From IMG/VR virus record IMGVR_UViG_3300046812_000287, positions 7,870-71,869 of that record: a stretch of 64,000 bases of DNA. One strand, given 5' to 3'. A program made the position numbers and the translations under genes. The notes under the pieces were generated by a model. The model did not search any database. It was not told where the DNA came from and saw only the letters and a list, made by a program, of their open reading frames with translations. The stretch is from a virus. Positions 46,433 to 55,418 of this stretch are shown here, piece by piece. Each line of letters starts with the position of its first letter. Position 1 is the stretch's first letter.

Positions 46433-48000
46433 TATGCTGCCTCTCTCTTGCTGTTGACGCCGTGGAGCGTTATCCTCTCAGACCTGCTGCCGCTGAGCGC
46501 GTAGTCGTCGTCGTTGACGCCGTGGAGCACGACGTGCCTCTTAACGCGCAACAGGTGCGCGAAGGACAGCGTCGGGGCGTCGGCGGACAAGTCCAGGTGG
46601 CCGGCGGCCACGACCAGCACGGAGCTTATGACGACGTCCGGGGCGGAGCCGGCCAGGCCCAGGGAGCCGGCGGCCGGGACCAAATTGGTACTGACGACGC
46701 TTATCGTCGGGGCGTCGGCGGACAGCGCCAGGACGGCCCCGGAGACGACCAGGGGAGCGTCCTGGATGGCCGTCGGAGCGTCGGCCGATAGACCTAAGCT
46801 GGCGGCGGACGGGGCCTTGGGCGCATCCTGGGTGGCCGTCGGGAGGTCGCCGGAGAGCGTCAGGCTAGCGGCGGACGGGGTGGTAGCCAGTGCCTGGGTG
46901 GCGGTCGGGGCCACACCAGTGAGCGTCAGAGTGGCGGCGGACGGGGTGCAGAGGGCCGCGACTACGGCGGACGGGGCCGCGCCAGCGAGCGTCAGCGCGC
47001 CAGCTGGGGACACGAGGTTGAGGCTGCCACCGACTTGAGGGGCGTCCGCCTGTAAGAGGAGCGCGCCAGCGGGAACGACGACGCTTAGACCGACGACGGG
47101 CACGTTCCCCGTCAGCGAGACGGACGCCGCAGCAGGCGCGGCCGGGATGTTCTTGACCAAGCTCGGCGCGGCGCTAGAGAGCGCCAAGCTGGTCGCGGCC
47201 GGGGCCAGCGGGAAGTTCTCGATGACGGCCGGCGCCACGCCGGTGAGTAGCAGAGACCCGGAAGAGGGAGTCTCGATGAAGTTCGTCAGTAGCGACGGAG
47301 TCGCACCCGTCAGGACCAAGGAGGCGACGGTCGGGACCTTAGACAAGTTCTGCATCACGCTCGGAGCGACGCTAGAAAGCGCGAGCGACGCGGCCGACGG
47401 AGCGAGAGGTAGGTCTACGGCGAGCGACGGAGCGGCAGCCGACAGCGCGAGCGAGGCGACTGCAGGAGAGACTATGTCATTGACGGACAGCGTCGGAGCT
47501 GAGGAAGACAGCGTCAGCGAGCCGACCGCAGGAACGATGCTTATGTTAGTGGTGGCGACGACCGTAGGGGCAGCACCAGACAGCGCCAGCGACGCGACGG
47601 TCGGGATCGCTGGCGCAACTATCTCCAGCAACACCGTGGTAGATACAGCGACCGTGTTCGCGTACACGCGGAAGGTGAATTTGTCGCCCACTGAAAAATT
47701 AGCGGGATCAAGCTGGACGCCGAACTCAAGCTCGGTGTAGCCCTCCGCCGGGATGACTAGGGGCCCGGTCTCGCCTGTGTTGTCGTACTGACCAGCCGCG
47801 AAGATGTCCCTGATCGGGACGTCAGCTGACAACGCCAGGCTTCCCGATGGCGCCGATATGCTGGTTCCGACGGCCGCTGATGGCGTGGCGCCGGAGAGCG
47901 CCAGCGACGCCGCAGCAGGCACCAGAGCTATGTTGCCTGATTGTGGCGCCGCGAAAGTAACGGGATAGCCACCGGGTCCTAGTCTAGTAACCTCTGCCAT
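46432..48000 (-). CDS. Repetitive Ala/Ser/Thr-rich fibre protein (about 22-aa PxAASLxLSGxAP repeats)
   Basis: Roughly 18 degenerate repeats visible in the translation. Confidence 0.7.
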   Translation of the reverse strand: MAEVTRLGPGGYPVTFAAPQSGNIALVPAAASLALSGATPSAAVGTSISAPSGSLALSADVPIRDIFAAGQYDNTGETGPLVIPAEGYTELEFGVQLDPANFSVGDKFTFRVYANTVAVSTTVLLEIVAPAIPTVASLALSGAAPTVVATTNISIVPAVGSLTLSSSAPTLSVNDIVSPAVASLALSAAAPSLAVDLPLAPSAASLALSSVAPSVMQNLSKVPTVASLVLTGATPSLLTNFIETPSSGSLLLTGVAPAVIENFPLAPAATSLALSSAAPSLVKNIPAAPAAASVSLTGNVPVVGLSVVVPAGALLLQADAPQVGGSLNLVSPAGALTLAGAAPSAVVAALCTPSAATLTLTGVAPTATQALATTPSAASLTLSGDLPTATQDAPKAPSAASLGLSADAPTAIQDAPLVVSGAVLALSADAPTISVVSTNLVPAAGSLGLAGSAPDVVISSVLVVAAGHLDLSADAPTLSFAHLLRVKRHVVLHGVNDDDYALSGSRSERITLHGVNSKREAA

Positions 48001-48007
48001 CGTTTCC

Positions 48008-48622
48008 TCAGATGATGCTGAACAGGTCGCCGGAGACCGGCGTGGCCGGAAGCGCGCCGACCGTCAGCGTGGGCGTATTAGATGCCGTCGAGGCGCTGAT
48101 AACGGAGGCGGCGCCGCGCAGCCCCGCCGTGGTGGTGTCGCCGTCGAACAAGACGACCCGACCCACGAACTGACTGACCACGACGCCCGACGCAGCGGCA
48201 CCAGCAATGGTTAGAGCTGAGGTCGGTACCGACGTGGTCGAGCCGCCCGTCGTCAGCGTCCCGCGCGCGATTGCCTTGGTGGTCTTGTCTAGGTTGGTGC
48301 GCTCCGTCATCAGCGAGAAGGAGCCGACCACGTAGCCGACCATGCTCACGCCGTTGAGAGTGCCAGTCGTGATCACGACAGAGAAGTCATTGTCCGAGGC
48401 ATAGAACGAACTGCTCTGCGACGTGTCCACGGCGACGTTGTTCATGCCGGTGCGGGAGTCGTAGTCGACGGACAGCGTGACGCCAGACGTGCTCTCGGTT
48501 AAGGAGTTCTTGTAGACGCTGATCGCGGGCGAGCCCGCAAGCGTCGTCGGGACCCCGTTGACTGAGGTTGTGAAGTTGAAAACGACCGTAGAGCCTACGG
48601 CCCGGTCTCCGAGGTCACTCAT
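48008..48622 (-). CDS. Thr/Ser-rich virion appendage protein
   Basis: Beta-rich; C-terminal LPATP.SGD.F.I. Confidence 0.55.
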   Translation of the reverse strand: MSDLGDRAVGSTVVFNFTTSVNGVPTTLAGSPAISVYKNSLTESTSGVTLSVDYDSRTGMNNVAVDTSQSSSFYASDNDFSVVITTGTLNGVSMVGYVVGSFSLMTERTNLDKTTKAIARGTLTTGGSTTSVPTSALTIAGAAASGVVVSQFVGRVVLFDGDTTTAGLRGAASVISASTASNTPTLTVGALPATPVSGDLFSII

Positions 48623-49548
48623 GATGTCTTACCTGCCCACTGTATGACCCAGATTTCGCCGCGCGCGCCGACGCCGCCGTTGCCTGCTGTCACGCCGTTA
48701 ACTGTACAGCCTCCGCCTCCTCCGCCGCCGCCGGGAATGCCCCCGGCCCCGCCGGCCGTCGGGACGGTCGCACTGGAGTCACCGCCCGCACCACCGCCAC
48801 CCGGATAGCCAAAGCCTGGAGCACCGGCGTTAGCGCCGTGGGTCTTTACCGGCTGGTCACGACTCTGGCCGCCTGAGCCGCCGCTCCCGTAAGCGGCATT
48901 TCCTTTACCGCAGCCCGCTCCACCGCCAGCGCCGCCGCGAACAGCATTGCCGCCGACCGGGCCGGTCGTGTTGGAAGCCACACCGCCGGCCCCAGAGCCG
49001 CCACCGAATAGTCCGGTATTGGCTGTGCCGACTGCGCCGAGGCCGCCGATCACGCCGCCGTTGGTGCCCGCCGCGCCCGCGGTTCCGATGACCCCGTTGC
49101 CACCTGCGCCGTCTAGTCCCGCACCGCCGCCGCCACCCGTCGTGCCGTTGGCGACATCGCCGCCGGCCCCGCCGCCACCACCGTATGCTGTGAGCGTGAC
49201 GCCGTTGATGGTGAAAGTTGTGTTACTGCCAGAGCCTCCTGCAGTTCCGCCTACGCTTGTCCCTGACGAGCCTGCGCCGCCAGTTACCTGCGCTCCGACC
49301 GTATAGGTTTCCGGGCTAGTAAATTGGGACGCCGCATAAACGCGATCGATCACCATGCCGCCCCCTCCGCCGCCAGCACCGCTCGCCGTCGAGGCCGAGG
49401 TATCTGTTGCGCCCCCGCCGCCGGGTCCGCCCCCGCCGATCAAGATCAGGCGAACATGCGTCGCCCAGGGCTTCTTGGTCCACGATTGCGCCGTCCCGGT
49501 CGTGAACTTGTCAACGTAAACATTCTGCTGAAGATCGAGGACGCTCAT
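48619..49548 (-). CDS. Glycine-rich fibre protein
   Basis: WTKKP....VRLILIGGGG...GARGEIWV glycine-rich domain. Confidence 0.75.
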   Translation of the reverse strand: MSVLDLQQNVYVDKFTTGTAQSWTKKPWATHVRLILIGGGGPGGGGATDTSASTASGAGGGGGGMVIDRVYAASQFTSPETYTVGAQVTGGAGSSGTSVGGTAGGSGSNTTFTINGVTLTAYGGGGGAGGDVANGTTGGGGGAGLDGAGGNGVIGTAGAAGTNGGVIGGLGAVGTANTGLFGGGSGAGGVASNTTGPVGGNAVRGGAGGGAGCGKGNAAYGSGGSGGQSRDQPVKTHGANAGAPGFGYPGGGGAGGDSSATVPTAGGAGGIPGGGGGGGGCTVNGVTAGNGGVGARGEIWVIQWAGKTS

Positions 49549-50447
49549 TCTGTGATAACGATGACAATGCCACCGCCCCCAATTCCACCAGCGCCCGGCG
49601 TTCCGCCCGTATTTGTATTTCCTCCGCCGCCGGCACCGCCGCCTGGAAATCCACCGTTGCCGCCAGCGCCACCTATTGTGGCGCTGGTTCCTCCTCCGCC
49701 GCCACCCGAGCCTGCATCACCAAAAGTGCCTGAAGTGCCGTTGGAGCCAGCCATTCCTGTGGAGGCTGCTGCGCCAACGCCGCCGACAGAATTACCAGGG
49801 CCTTGGCCGCCTGCTGCGCCGCCCTGATATGAAGGCGGAGTGCAACCGCCGCTGCCGCCGCCACCACCGCCGCCGAGGACCGCTTGCCCGCCGGCGAATG
49901 CAGTATTGCCGCCGCCCGCACCACCGCCGCCACCGCCGACGCCGATATTCGCAGCGCCAACACTTGATCCAGAAATCCCGCCGACAGCGCCGCCGTTTGT
50001 CCCGGCCGTTCCACCGCTCGCGCCACCAGCGCCGCCCGCGCCCGCGAGGCCAGCACCTCCGCCGCCGCTCCCGTGAGAAGCCCCCGATCTATCGCCCGCG
50101 CCTCCGCCATAGGCCGTATGGATTGCGACAGTCGTGCCGCCGAACGTGCTGTTACCGCCTGCGCCGCCAGCTGCCCCAGGGGTGCCGCCTGCGCCCGATG
50201 TCCCGCCAGCCCCTACGGAATACGCTTCAGTCGCTCCTAAGTCGCTCGGCTGGAATACGGCCGACAACCATCCACCACCGCCGCCGCCGCCAGTGCCAAA
50301 ATTTTGACTACCGCTGGTGCCGCCGCCCCCGCCACCACCACCCGCTCCGGTGAGAGTGACACGGATGAGCGTAGCCCACGCAGGCTTAGTCCAATTGCCT
50401 GAGCCTGTCGTGAAGACCTGGACGTCGGTGAGGCCGATCTGGGTCAT
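49545..50447 (-). CDS. Glycine-rich fibre protein (paralog of 48619..49548)
   Basis: FTTGSGNWTKP....IRVTL.GAGGGG...GGGIVIV. Confidence 0.75.
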   Translation of the reverse strand: MTQIGLTDVQVFTTGSGNWTKPAWATLIRVTLTGAGGGGGGGGTSGSQNFGTGGGGGGGWLSAVFQPSDLGATEAYSVGAGGTSGAGGTPGAAGGAGGNSTFGGTTVAIHTAYGGGAGDRSGASHGSGGGGAGLAGAGGAGGASGGTAGTNGGAVGGISGSSVGAANIGVGGGGGGAGGGNTAFAGGQAVLGGGGGGGSGGCTPPSYQGGAAGGQGPGNSVGGVGAAASTGMAGSNGTSGTFGDAGSGGGGGGTSATIGGAGGNGGFPGGGAGGGGNTNTGGTPGAGGIGGGGIVIVITE

Positions 50448-52048
50448 GCGTGACTGAAGGCTCCGACGACGTGGCTGATGGAGCTTGTCCCAGGCGCAAG
50501 GGAGCGGAGCGTCGTCATGCTGTAGCTTCCTGCCGGAGTGACGGGGCCGTTCGAGTCAAATATAGCCAGCGACCCAAATGACCCAGTGACCCTCAATGTT
50601 GAGCCAGCACCAACGCCTGGCGGTGACTGGTCAACATTGAAACCGGTCTCACACAGCACGACCCAGTCACCGTCAGCGACGGTCGTGACTGACGTCGTCA
50701 ACGTGCCACTGCCACCAGCGCTGCCGTTCGTGATACTCGCGTCCGGCTGACCGCTCTGCTTAGCGCCGGAATAGTCTGCGGCGACGGACATGATGCGGTC
50801 GCAGGTTCCTGAGGCGGAGATGACGATGTTGTTCGCTCCCGAGGCAGGGTTAAGAAGCTCAAACATGTACTGCCATCGGTCACCGCCGCCACCACCGTAG
50901 TGCTTGCCCACGAGCGACATTGATACGCCACCGTAGGTGACGCCAGTTACGATGTCGCTGGTGACGTCTCCCGTGGCATTAACGACCAGCAACCTGTTGC
51001 TGCCGCTCCCGCAGACGTAGCTGTAGGTCATGCCGCTCGCCGACACAACGTCGCCGCCGTCCGCGGCGCCGACGAACGCGATACTGTCAGAAGATACAGC
51101 GAACGGGACCGTCAGGTGCGGCGTCCTCAGGATCGTGTTGTCCGCGTCCGAGCTGGCGCTGGCGGCCTTGACGCCTCCCGTCGACGAGGTCGTGATCGGT
51201 GAGTACGCGCCGCCGTTCTTGGACGCGTACAGCTCATATGGCTGTGACTCGGCCGCGTTGACAGAGAAGTCAGATATTGACGCGCGGAACCTAAACGGGA
51301 CGCTGGGAGGGCTAAACGCCTCTGAGTCCTCCGCCGCTCCCCATGTCGGTGTCGCGTCCACCGCCCCAGTGTCAGTACGAAATCTTGCATGCTCCTGCTT
51401 CAGTGACGGCTGAAGAGGGATGAATGCCGCAACGATACCCCACCAAGAACCGGAAGAGGAGCCCTGTGTATAATCAACAGCCTGAGCACCATGAACCCCC
51501 TGAATATAGTACTCAGAGTAGCAACCAGCCTGAATGGCATCAACCCCAGTAAACGGACTGTTGGCAGAGGAAATAACCCCCGTAGCCAGACACGCCCCAA
51601 AATACAAATCTCCATTATAGGTAGACGTATAGCTAGGCGTCGTTATGTTAGTGGAGCCGCCGCCCAGGTCTGTCGCGTCTCCATCAAGAACTCCGCTTGC
51701 TGCTGCCCCAGCAACTTCCATTGCCCAGACCATAAAGTTATTTGCGAACGCCGACCCTCCTGTAATTGAGATCGTAATTGTCTTAGATGCGTTAGATGGG
51801 GCATTTGGAAGATAGAAAACCCCCACCTCTTTATTCGTAGACACGTACGGCGTTTTAGAAGTTGGTGAATAAGCGTTACTATTCGCGTCCACGCAGGTAG
51901 CGCCACTAATGCCAATGGCTTGAACAGTATACCCGACGACAACGAGACTTCCAGGCGTTGGATTATTCGGCAGGACAACAAACTGAGTGGCGCTAGTGCT
52001 ACCGTTGACTGCCGACGCCGTTTGACCGCTGACTAGCGCGATGGACAT
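50444..52048 (-). CDS. Multidomain Ser/Thr-rich virion appendage protein
   Basis: Two beta-sandwich-like domains flanking a short central segment; mosaic GC content. Confidence 0.6.
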   Translation of the reverse strand: MSIALVSGQTASAVNGSTSATQFVVLPNNPTPGSLVVVGYTVQAIGISGATCVDANSNAYSPTSKTPYVSTNKEVGVFYLPNAPSNASKTITISITGGSAFANNFMVWAMEVAGAAASGVLDGDATDLGGGSTNITTPSYTSTYNGDLYFGACLATGVISSANSPFTGVDAIQAGCYSEYYIQGVHGAQAVDYTQGSSSGSWWGIVAAFIPLQPSLKQEHARFRTDTGAVDATPTWGAAEDSEAFSPPSVPFRFRASISDFSVNAAESQPYELYASKNGGAYSPITTSSTGGVKAASASSDADNTILRTPHLTVPFAVSSDSIAFVGAADGGDVVSASGMTYSYVCGSGSNRLLVVNATGDVTSDIVTGVTYGGVSMSLVGKHYGGGGGDRWQYMFELLNPASGANNIVISASGTCDRIMSVAADYSGAKQSGQPDASITNGSAGGSGTLTTSVTTVADGDWVVLCETGFNVDQSPPGVGAGSTLRVTGSFGSLAIFDSNGPVTPAGSYSMTTLRSLAPGTSSISHVVGAFSHA

Positions 52049-52498
52049 TTACGAGATGGTGGCTATGAAAGCGGTCAGGGCGCTCTGCAACCCGGCAGTC
52101 TCCACGGAGGTGAAAGTGCGTGGCGTCCGTGAGCCGTCTGCGTTCAGCGTGAAGCCCTGTATGTACCCCACGCTAGTGGGGAAGTTCGCCACCACCCAGT
52201 CTATGCACGCTTTCGCGGCCGCGACGCAGGCGGTTACGTCAGATGTGAGCGTGCCGTTGTACCCCTGCGCTGTGGCGTAGGTGTCGAGCCCGGTGACGAC
52301 CTTCCACGTGTTCACGGCGGCTATGAACCCACTAGTCGCGTCCAAGAGGTTGAACACCCACAGCGTGTTGACGCTGCCGCCCTGCAGCGTGGACAGGTAG
52401 CCCTGCGCTCCGTTCTTCGCCCCCTGCGCCATGAGGCGTATCTGGGTGAACGCCTCGCTCGGAGCAAGGCCGGTGCCGCCCGCGGTGTGCAGCGTCAT
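52049..52498 (-). CDS. Hypothetical virion protein
   Basis: Coupled ORF in the head-appendage cluster. Confidence 0.55.
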   Translation of the reverse strand: MTLHTAGGTGLAPSEAFTQIRLMAQGAKNGAQGYLSTLQGGSVNTLWVFNLLDATSGFIAAVNTWKVVTGLDTYATAQGYNGTLTSDVTACVAAAKACIDWVVANFPTSVGYIQGFTLNADGSRTPRTFTSVETAGLQSALTAFIATIS

Positions 52499-52662
52499 GT
52501 TTTTGCCTTCACGCCCATGCTCGCCGTCGGCGGGGAGAGCGTCGTGTTCTGCCCCTTCGGGCGGACGCGGACGCGCGGTGCGTCCGCCTTGAGCTGCAGG
52601 ATGATGGCCTCGTGCGCGACATCGCGTGACTTGCCGCCAACCTTATCCTCTTTGTCTGCCAT
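52495..52662 (-). CDS. Small hypothetical protein (55 aa)
   Basis: MADKEDKVGG...; C-terminal part of track ORF 52495..52905. Confidence 0.45.
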   Translation of the reverse strand: MADKEDKVGGKSRDVAHEAIILQLKADAPRVRVRPKGQNTTLSPPTASMGVKAKT

Positions 52663-52667
52663 GATCG

Positions 52668-53120
52668 TCACGCCAGGTTGAAGATGCCGGTCGCGGCCGG
52701 CGTGATCGTCAGCGTGTTGTTGATCGTCAGGTTGAACTGCGAGGTCGACAGCTGGCTGAAGCACACCAACTTGCGCGCGATGGCGGAGGCGCCTGAGGCC
52801 CAGATCACCGCGAACTTGATGTTGGAGATGGTGCCGCCGGTGCCGGTCCACACCAGCGCCGCCGCGTTGAAGCGGTACTGGCCCGCCGACGCGCCGGCCG
52901 TCCATGTCTTCGACGCGAGCGCCTTGCCCGACGACGAGTAGCCGTTCGCCTCAGCCACCTCGTTGGTTACTGACGAGATGATCGACAGGGTCGTGGTAGC
53001 GGCGTTCGACGCCGACGTGTGAAGCTGCATCCGGAAGTTGCCGCTCCCAAGGTTGACCGGGAAGGCCTGCCCGAGGTTGCGCTTGAACTTGTTATAGAAT
53101 GTCCACGCTCCAACAGCCAT
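52668..53120 (-). CDS. Virion fibre/appendage subunit
   Basis: W.FYN...EV...NGYSSSGKAL...WT..GG.I...AVI...L.I..AATGIF.L; RBS AAGGAG. Confidence 0.65.
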   Translation of the reverse strand: MAVGAWTFYNKFKRNLGQAFPVNLGSGNFRMQLHTSASNAATTTLSIISSVTNEVAEANGYSSSGKALASKTWTAGASAGQYRFNAAALVWTGTGGTISNIKFAVIWASGASAIARKLVCFSQLSTSQFNLTINNTLTITPAATGIFNLA

Positions 53121-53121
53121 A

Positions 53122-54117
53122 TCAATTCTCCTTTGGTCTCTCCATCTCGGCGCCCGAGCGGATCATGGTGGCAATCAAGCCCGGACCGTGCACGTTCAGC
53201 TGGAACATGTCACCACGGTCCTTGACCAGCTGCATGAAGTCTTCTGCCTGCTTCGCCTGCCACACCGAGCAGGTAAATCGCTGAGCCAGGTCGTCGCGCC
53301 CCTCCGGGCGCACCCACACCGGTATCGTCTTCTCACCGTCGTTCTCCGGCTGAGAGTAGCCGTGGTGCTCGCCGTCAAGGACACACGAGTCCAGCCCGAA
53401 TATCTCGAACGAGGTGAACCCGAGCATCCGCATCAGGGAGATAGCGCGCAGCGACACCGTGGTACCGAGCGTGATTGGGTAGTAGTGGCGCGGACCGGCC
53501 TCCGGCGCGTCCTCCGGGTCGGTCGAGCGCCGCGACTTGGTGAAGTAGTAGTCGTCCAGTATCTCAAGCTCCTTGTCACCGGCGCTGAGCGCGTGCCATA
53601 TCGTGGTCTGCCTACCCTGGCAGAGCTCAAAGGCGCGCGGGTGGCACTGCGACGACAGGAGGTAGTGGCACTGGTCGACCGGCTTCTCGATGAACCGAGC
53701 GTTGAACTCGCGCGCGTCCATCATCACCATCGCGGAAGGCCGGATGTTGCGGTCGACGCACCACTGGTAGGCGCCGTTGACGGCCACCACCTTCCCGCCG
53801 GCCCACACGGCCTTGATAAGGTCCGCCTGGACCTCCGGGATGTTGATGGACGGACCGCCGCACACGACCACGGCCGTCTGCTCGTTAGGCTGGTACGGCA
53901 TCGCCTGCGGCAGGCCGCGCCGAATGTTGGCCTCGATCTGGCGCAGCAGCGTCTCGTCGTCGACGTTTACGCGGCAGTGCGGCGAGAACTCAATCTCGCG
54001 GACCTTGTTCGGGTCCAATTTAGGAGCGCCACCTGACACGAGACACGGACCGGACTGGTCAGATTTCAACTTTGGGCTGCCTAGATACTCATATGCCAAG
54101 AGCATTTCACTGATCAT
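53122..54117 (-). CDS. Maf/DUF115 (MptE-like) family putative glycosyltransferase
   Basis: NIRR...VVCGGPSI...AVNGA...MDAR...GTTVSLRAI.L..MLGF....FGLDS. Confidence 0.75.
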   Translation of the reverse strand: MISEMLLAYEYLGSPKLKSDQSGPCLVSGGAPKLDPNKVREIEFSPHCRVNVDDETLLRQIEANIRRGLPQAMPYQPNEQTAVVVCGGPSINIPEVQADLIKAVWAGGKVVAVNGAYQWCVDRNIRPSAMVMMDAREFNARFIEKPVDQCHYLLSSQCHPRAFELCQGRQTTIWHALSAGDKELEILDDYYFTKSRRSTDPEDAPEAGPRHYYPITLGTTVSLRAISLMRMLGFTSFEIFGLDSCVLDGEHHGYSQPENDGEKTIPVWVRPEGRDDLAQRFTCSVWQAKQAEDFMQLVKDRGDMFQLNVHGPGLIATMIRSGAEMERPKEN

Positions 54118-54311
54118 CGCTGCACCACGTAGAGTCCGTCACCGCACAGGTCGCGAGCGTCGACGACCTTCCCAACTGACGCCAGGCGGACCAGCCACCA
54201 GTCGTAGGGTCGTACCGTGAGGTGCAGCGGCTCGCCTATCATCTTCCCGAACTCGTCGGGACGAAGCGCGACCTGCAGCCACGCTGTTCGGCACGAGCTG
54301 AGGATGTTCAT
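54114..54311 (-). pseudogene. Duplicated C-terminal fragment (65 aa) of the upstream methyltransferase
   Basis: MNILSSCRTAW...YVVQR identical to the end of 54388..54972; lacks the SAM motif. Confidence 0.65.
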
Positions 54312-54391
54312 GAGCAAATCAACCACGTCAAGACGAAGCCAAGCGAAAAGGCAGCCATTACCGCAAGCGAAAACAGCTTGAGCTCACTCAT
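54308..54391 (-). CDS. 27-aa hydrophobic peptide (not in ORF track)
   Basis: MSELKLFSLAVMAAFSLGFVLTWLICS, with ATGA overlaps at both ends. Confidence 0.5.
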   Translation of the reverse strand: MSELKLFSLAVMAAFSLGFVLTWLICS

Positions 54392-54972
54392 CGCTGCACC
54401 ACGTAGAGTCCGTCACCGCACAGGTCGCGAGCGTCGACGACCTTCCCAACTGACGCCAGGCGGACCAGCCACCAGTCGTAGGGTCGTACCGTGAGGTGCA
54501 GCGGCTCGCCTATCATCTTCCCGAACTCGTCGGGACGAAGCGCGACCTGCAGCCACGCTGTTCGGCACGAGCTGAGGATGTTGTCGACGCAGAGCATGAC
54601 GTACTCGGTCGTGACGTGCTCAAGCACGTCGCAGCAGAAGCCGTAGTCCCACCTGTTCCGCTTGCGCAGCGGCCAGGAGCGGTCCCACAGCGGGGCCTCG
54701 ATGAACCTATCTCGGTCCACGTCCGGGTCGAGGCCGGCGGCCGTCAGGTCCATCCAGTGGACCGCGAAGCCTCGGCGCTCGAACTCCAGGCCCGCGACCC
54801 CGGCGCCGCAGCCGATGTCGACGAGCGACAGCCCGTCGAGCGGCGGCGGGTTCATGACCCGCATGAAGCGCTCGACGTTGACCAGCCCAGGGGAGTGCCG
54901 CTTGTACTCCGGGATGGCCCATATCTCCTCGTACTTGGCCCGTTCCTGGGCCGCGCCGTCTACTACGAACAT
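54388..54972 (-). CDS. Class I SAM-dependent methyltransferase
   Basis: ERAKYEEIW...VDIGCGAG...CCDVLEH...LHLTV...WW. Confidence 0.9.
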   Translation of the reverse strand: MFVVDGAAQERAKYEEIWAIPEYKRHSPGLVNVERFMRVMNPPPLDGLSLVDIGCGAGVAGLEFERRGFAVHWMDLTAAGLDPDVDRDRFIEAPLWDRSWPLRKRNRWDYGFCCDVLEHVTTEYVMLCVDNILSSCRTAWLQVALRPDEFGKMIGEPLHLTVRPYDWWLVRLASVGKVVDARDLCGDGLYVVQR

Positions 54973-54974
54973 TA

Positions 54975-55304
54975 TCAGCGACGCTGCGGCTTGCCGGGGA
55001 CGGCGACGGTCGCCTGGTCCTCGCGCGAGTTAACGTCGAAGGGCTTCTGCGAAGCAGCAGGCGTGACGACGAGGTCGTCATGGTCAGCCATCAGCTTCTT
55101 CGCAACGTGGTCGGCTATCTCCACGTTCTCCAGCGTCTCGCCGGGGTTGACGGCGACCTGCTTACCGCCGCTGACGGAGAGGCAGTCGAAGAACACGCGG
55201 CGTATCTTCAGCGGGTTCTTGACGTTGTATCGACTGGCGGCGGGTCTCTGCCAGTTCTTGACTCGTAGTTCCTCTGGCGACTCACCTTGGTTCAGGTCAG
55301 GCAT
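54975..55304 (-). CDS. Small head-associated protein following the capsid gene
   Basis: RBS GAGGAGG, start MPDLNQ at 55304; V.NP...V.PGET motif. Confidence 0.65.
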   Translation of the reverse strand: MPDLNQGESPEELRVKNWQRPAASRYNVKNPLKIRRVFFDCLSVSGGKQVAVNPGETLENVEIADHVAKKLMADHDDLVVTPAASQKPFDVNSREDQATVAVPGKPQRR

Positions 55305-55330
55305 AATATCCTCCTCTTGTTTGAAAGTTA

Positions 55331-55406
55331 CGCGGACCGGGCTGTGGGCCAGGGGGGATGGTGGGCCCGGTCCGCGCACTCATCCCCGGCAGGCATGGCC
55401 CTGCCG
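55331..55406 (-). terminator. Tandem hairpins downstream of the major capsid gene (attenuator/mRNA stabiliser)
   Basis: 12-bp stem CGCGGACCGGGC/GCCCGGTCCGCG (55331-55376) and 7-bp stem CGGCAGG/CCTGCCG (55387-55406). Confidence 0.5.
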
Positions 55407-55418
55407 AGGTAGCTCGCG

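Larger units (their letters stand above)
54114..54582. repeat. 195-bp direct repeat (54114-54308 and 54388-54582), identical by eye
   Basis: Both copies run TCATCGCTGCACC...GAGCTGAGGATGTT, separated by 79 bp. Confidence 0.95.

Noticed and set aside
54114-54582. Repeat pair as the TR/VR of a diversity-generating retroelement
   Set aside because: Copies appear identical with no adenine-specific mismatches, and no reverse transcriptase is in the window
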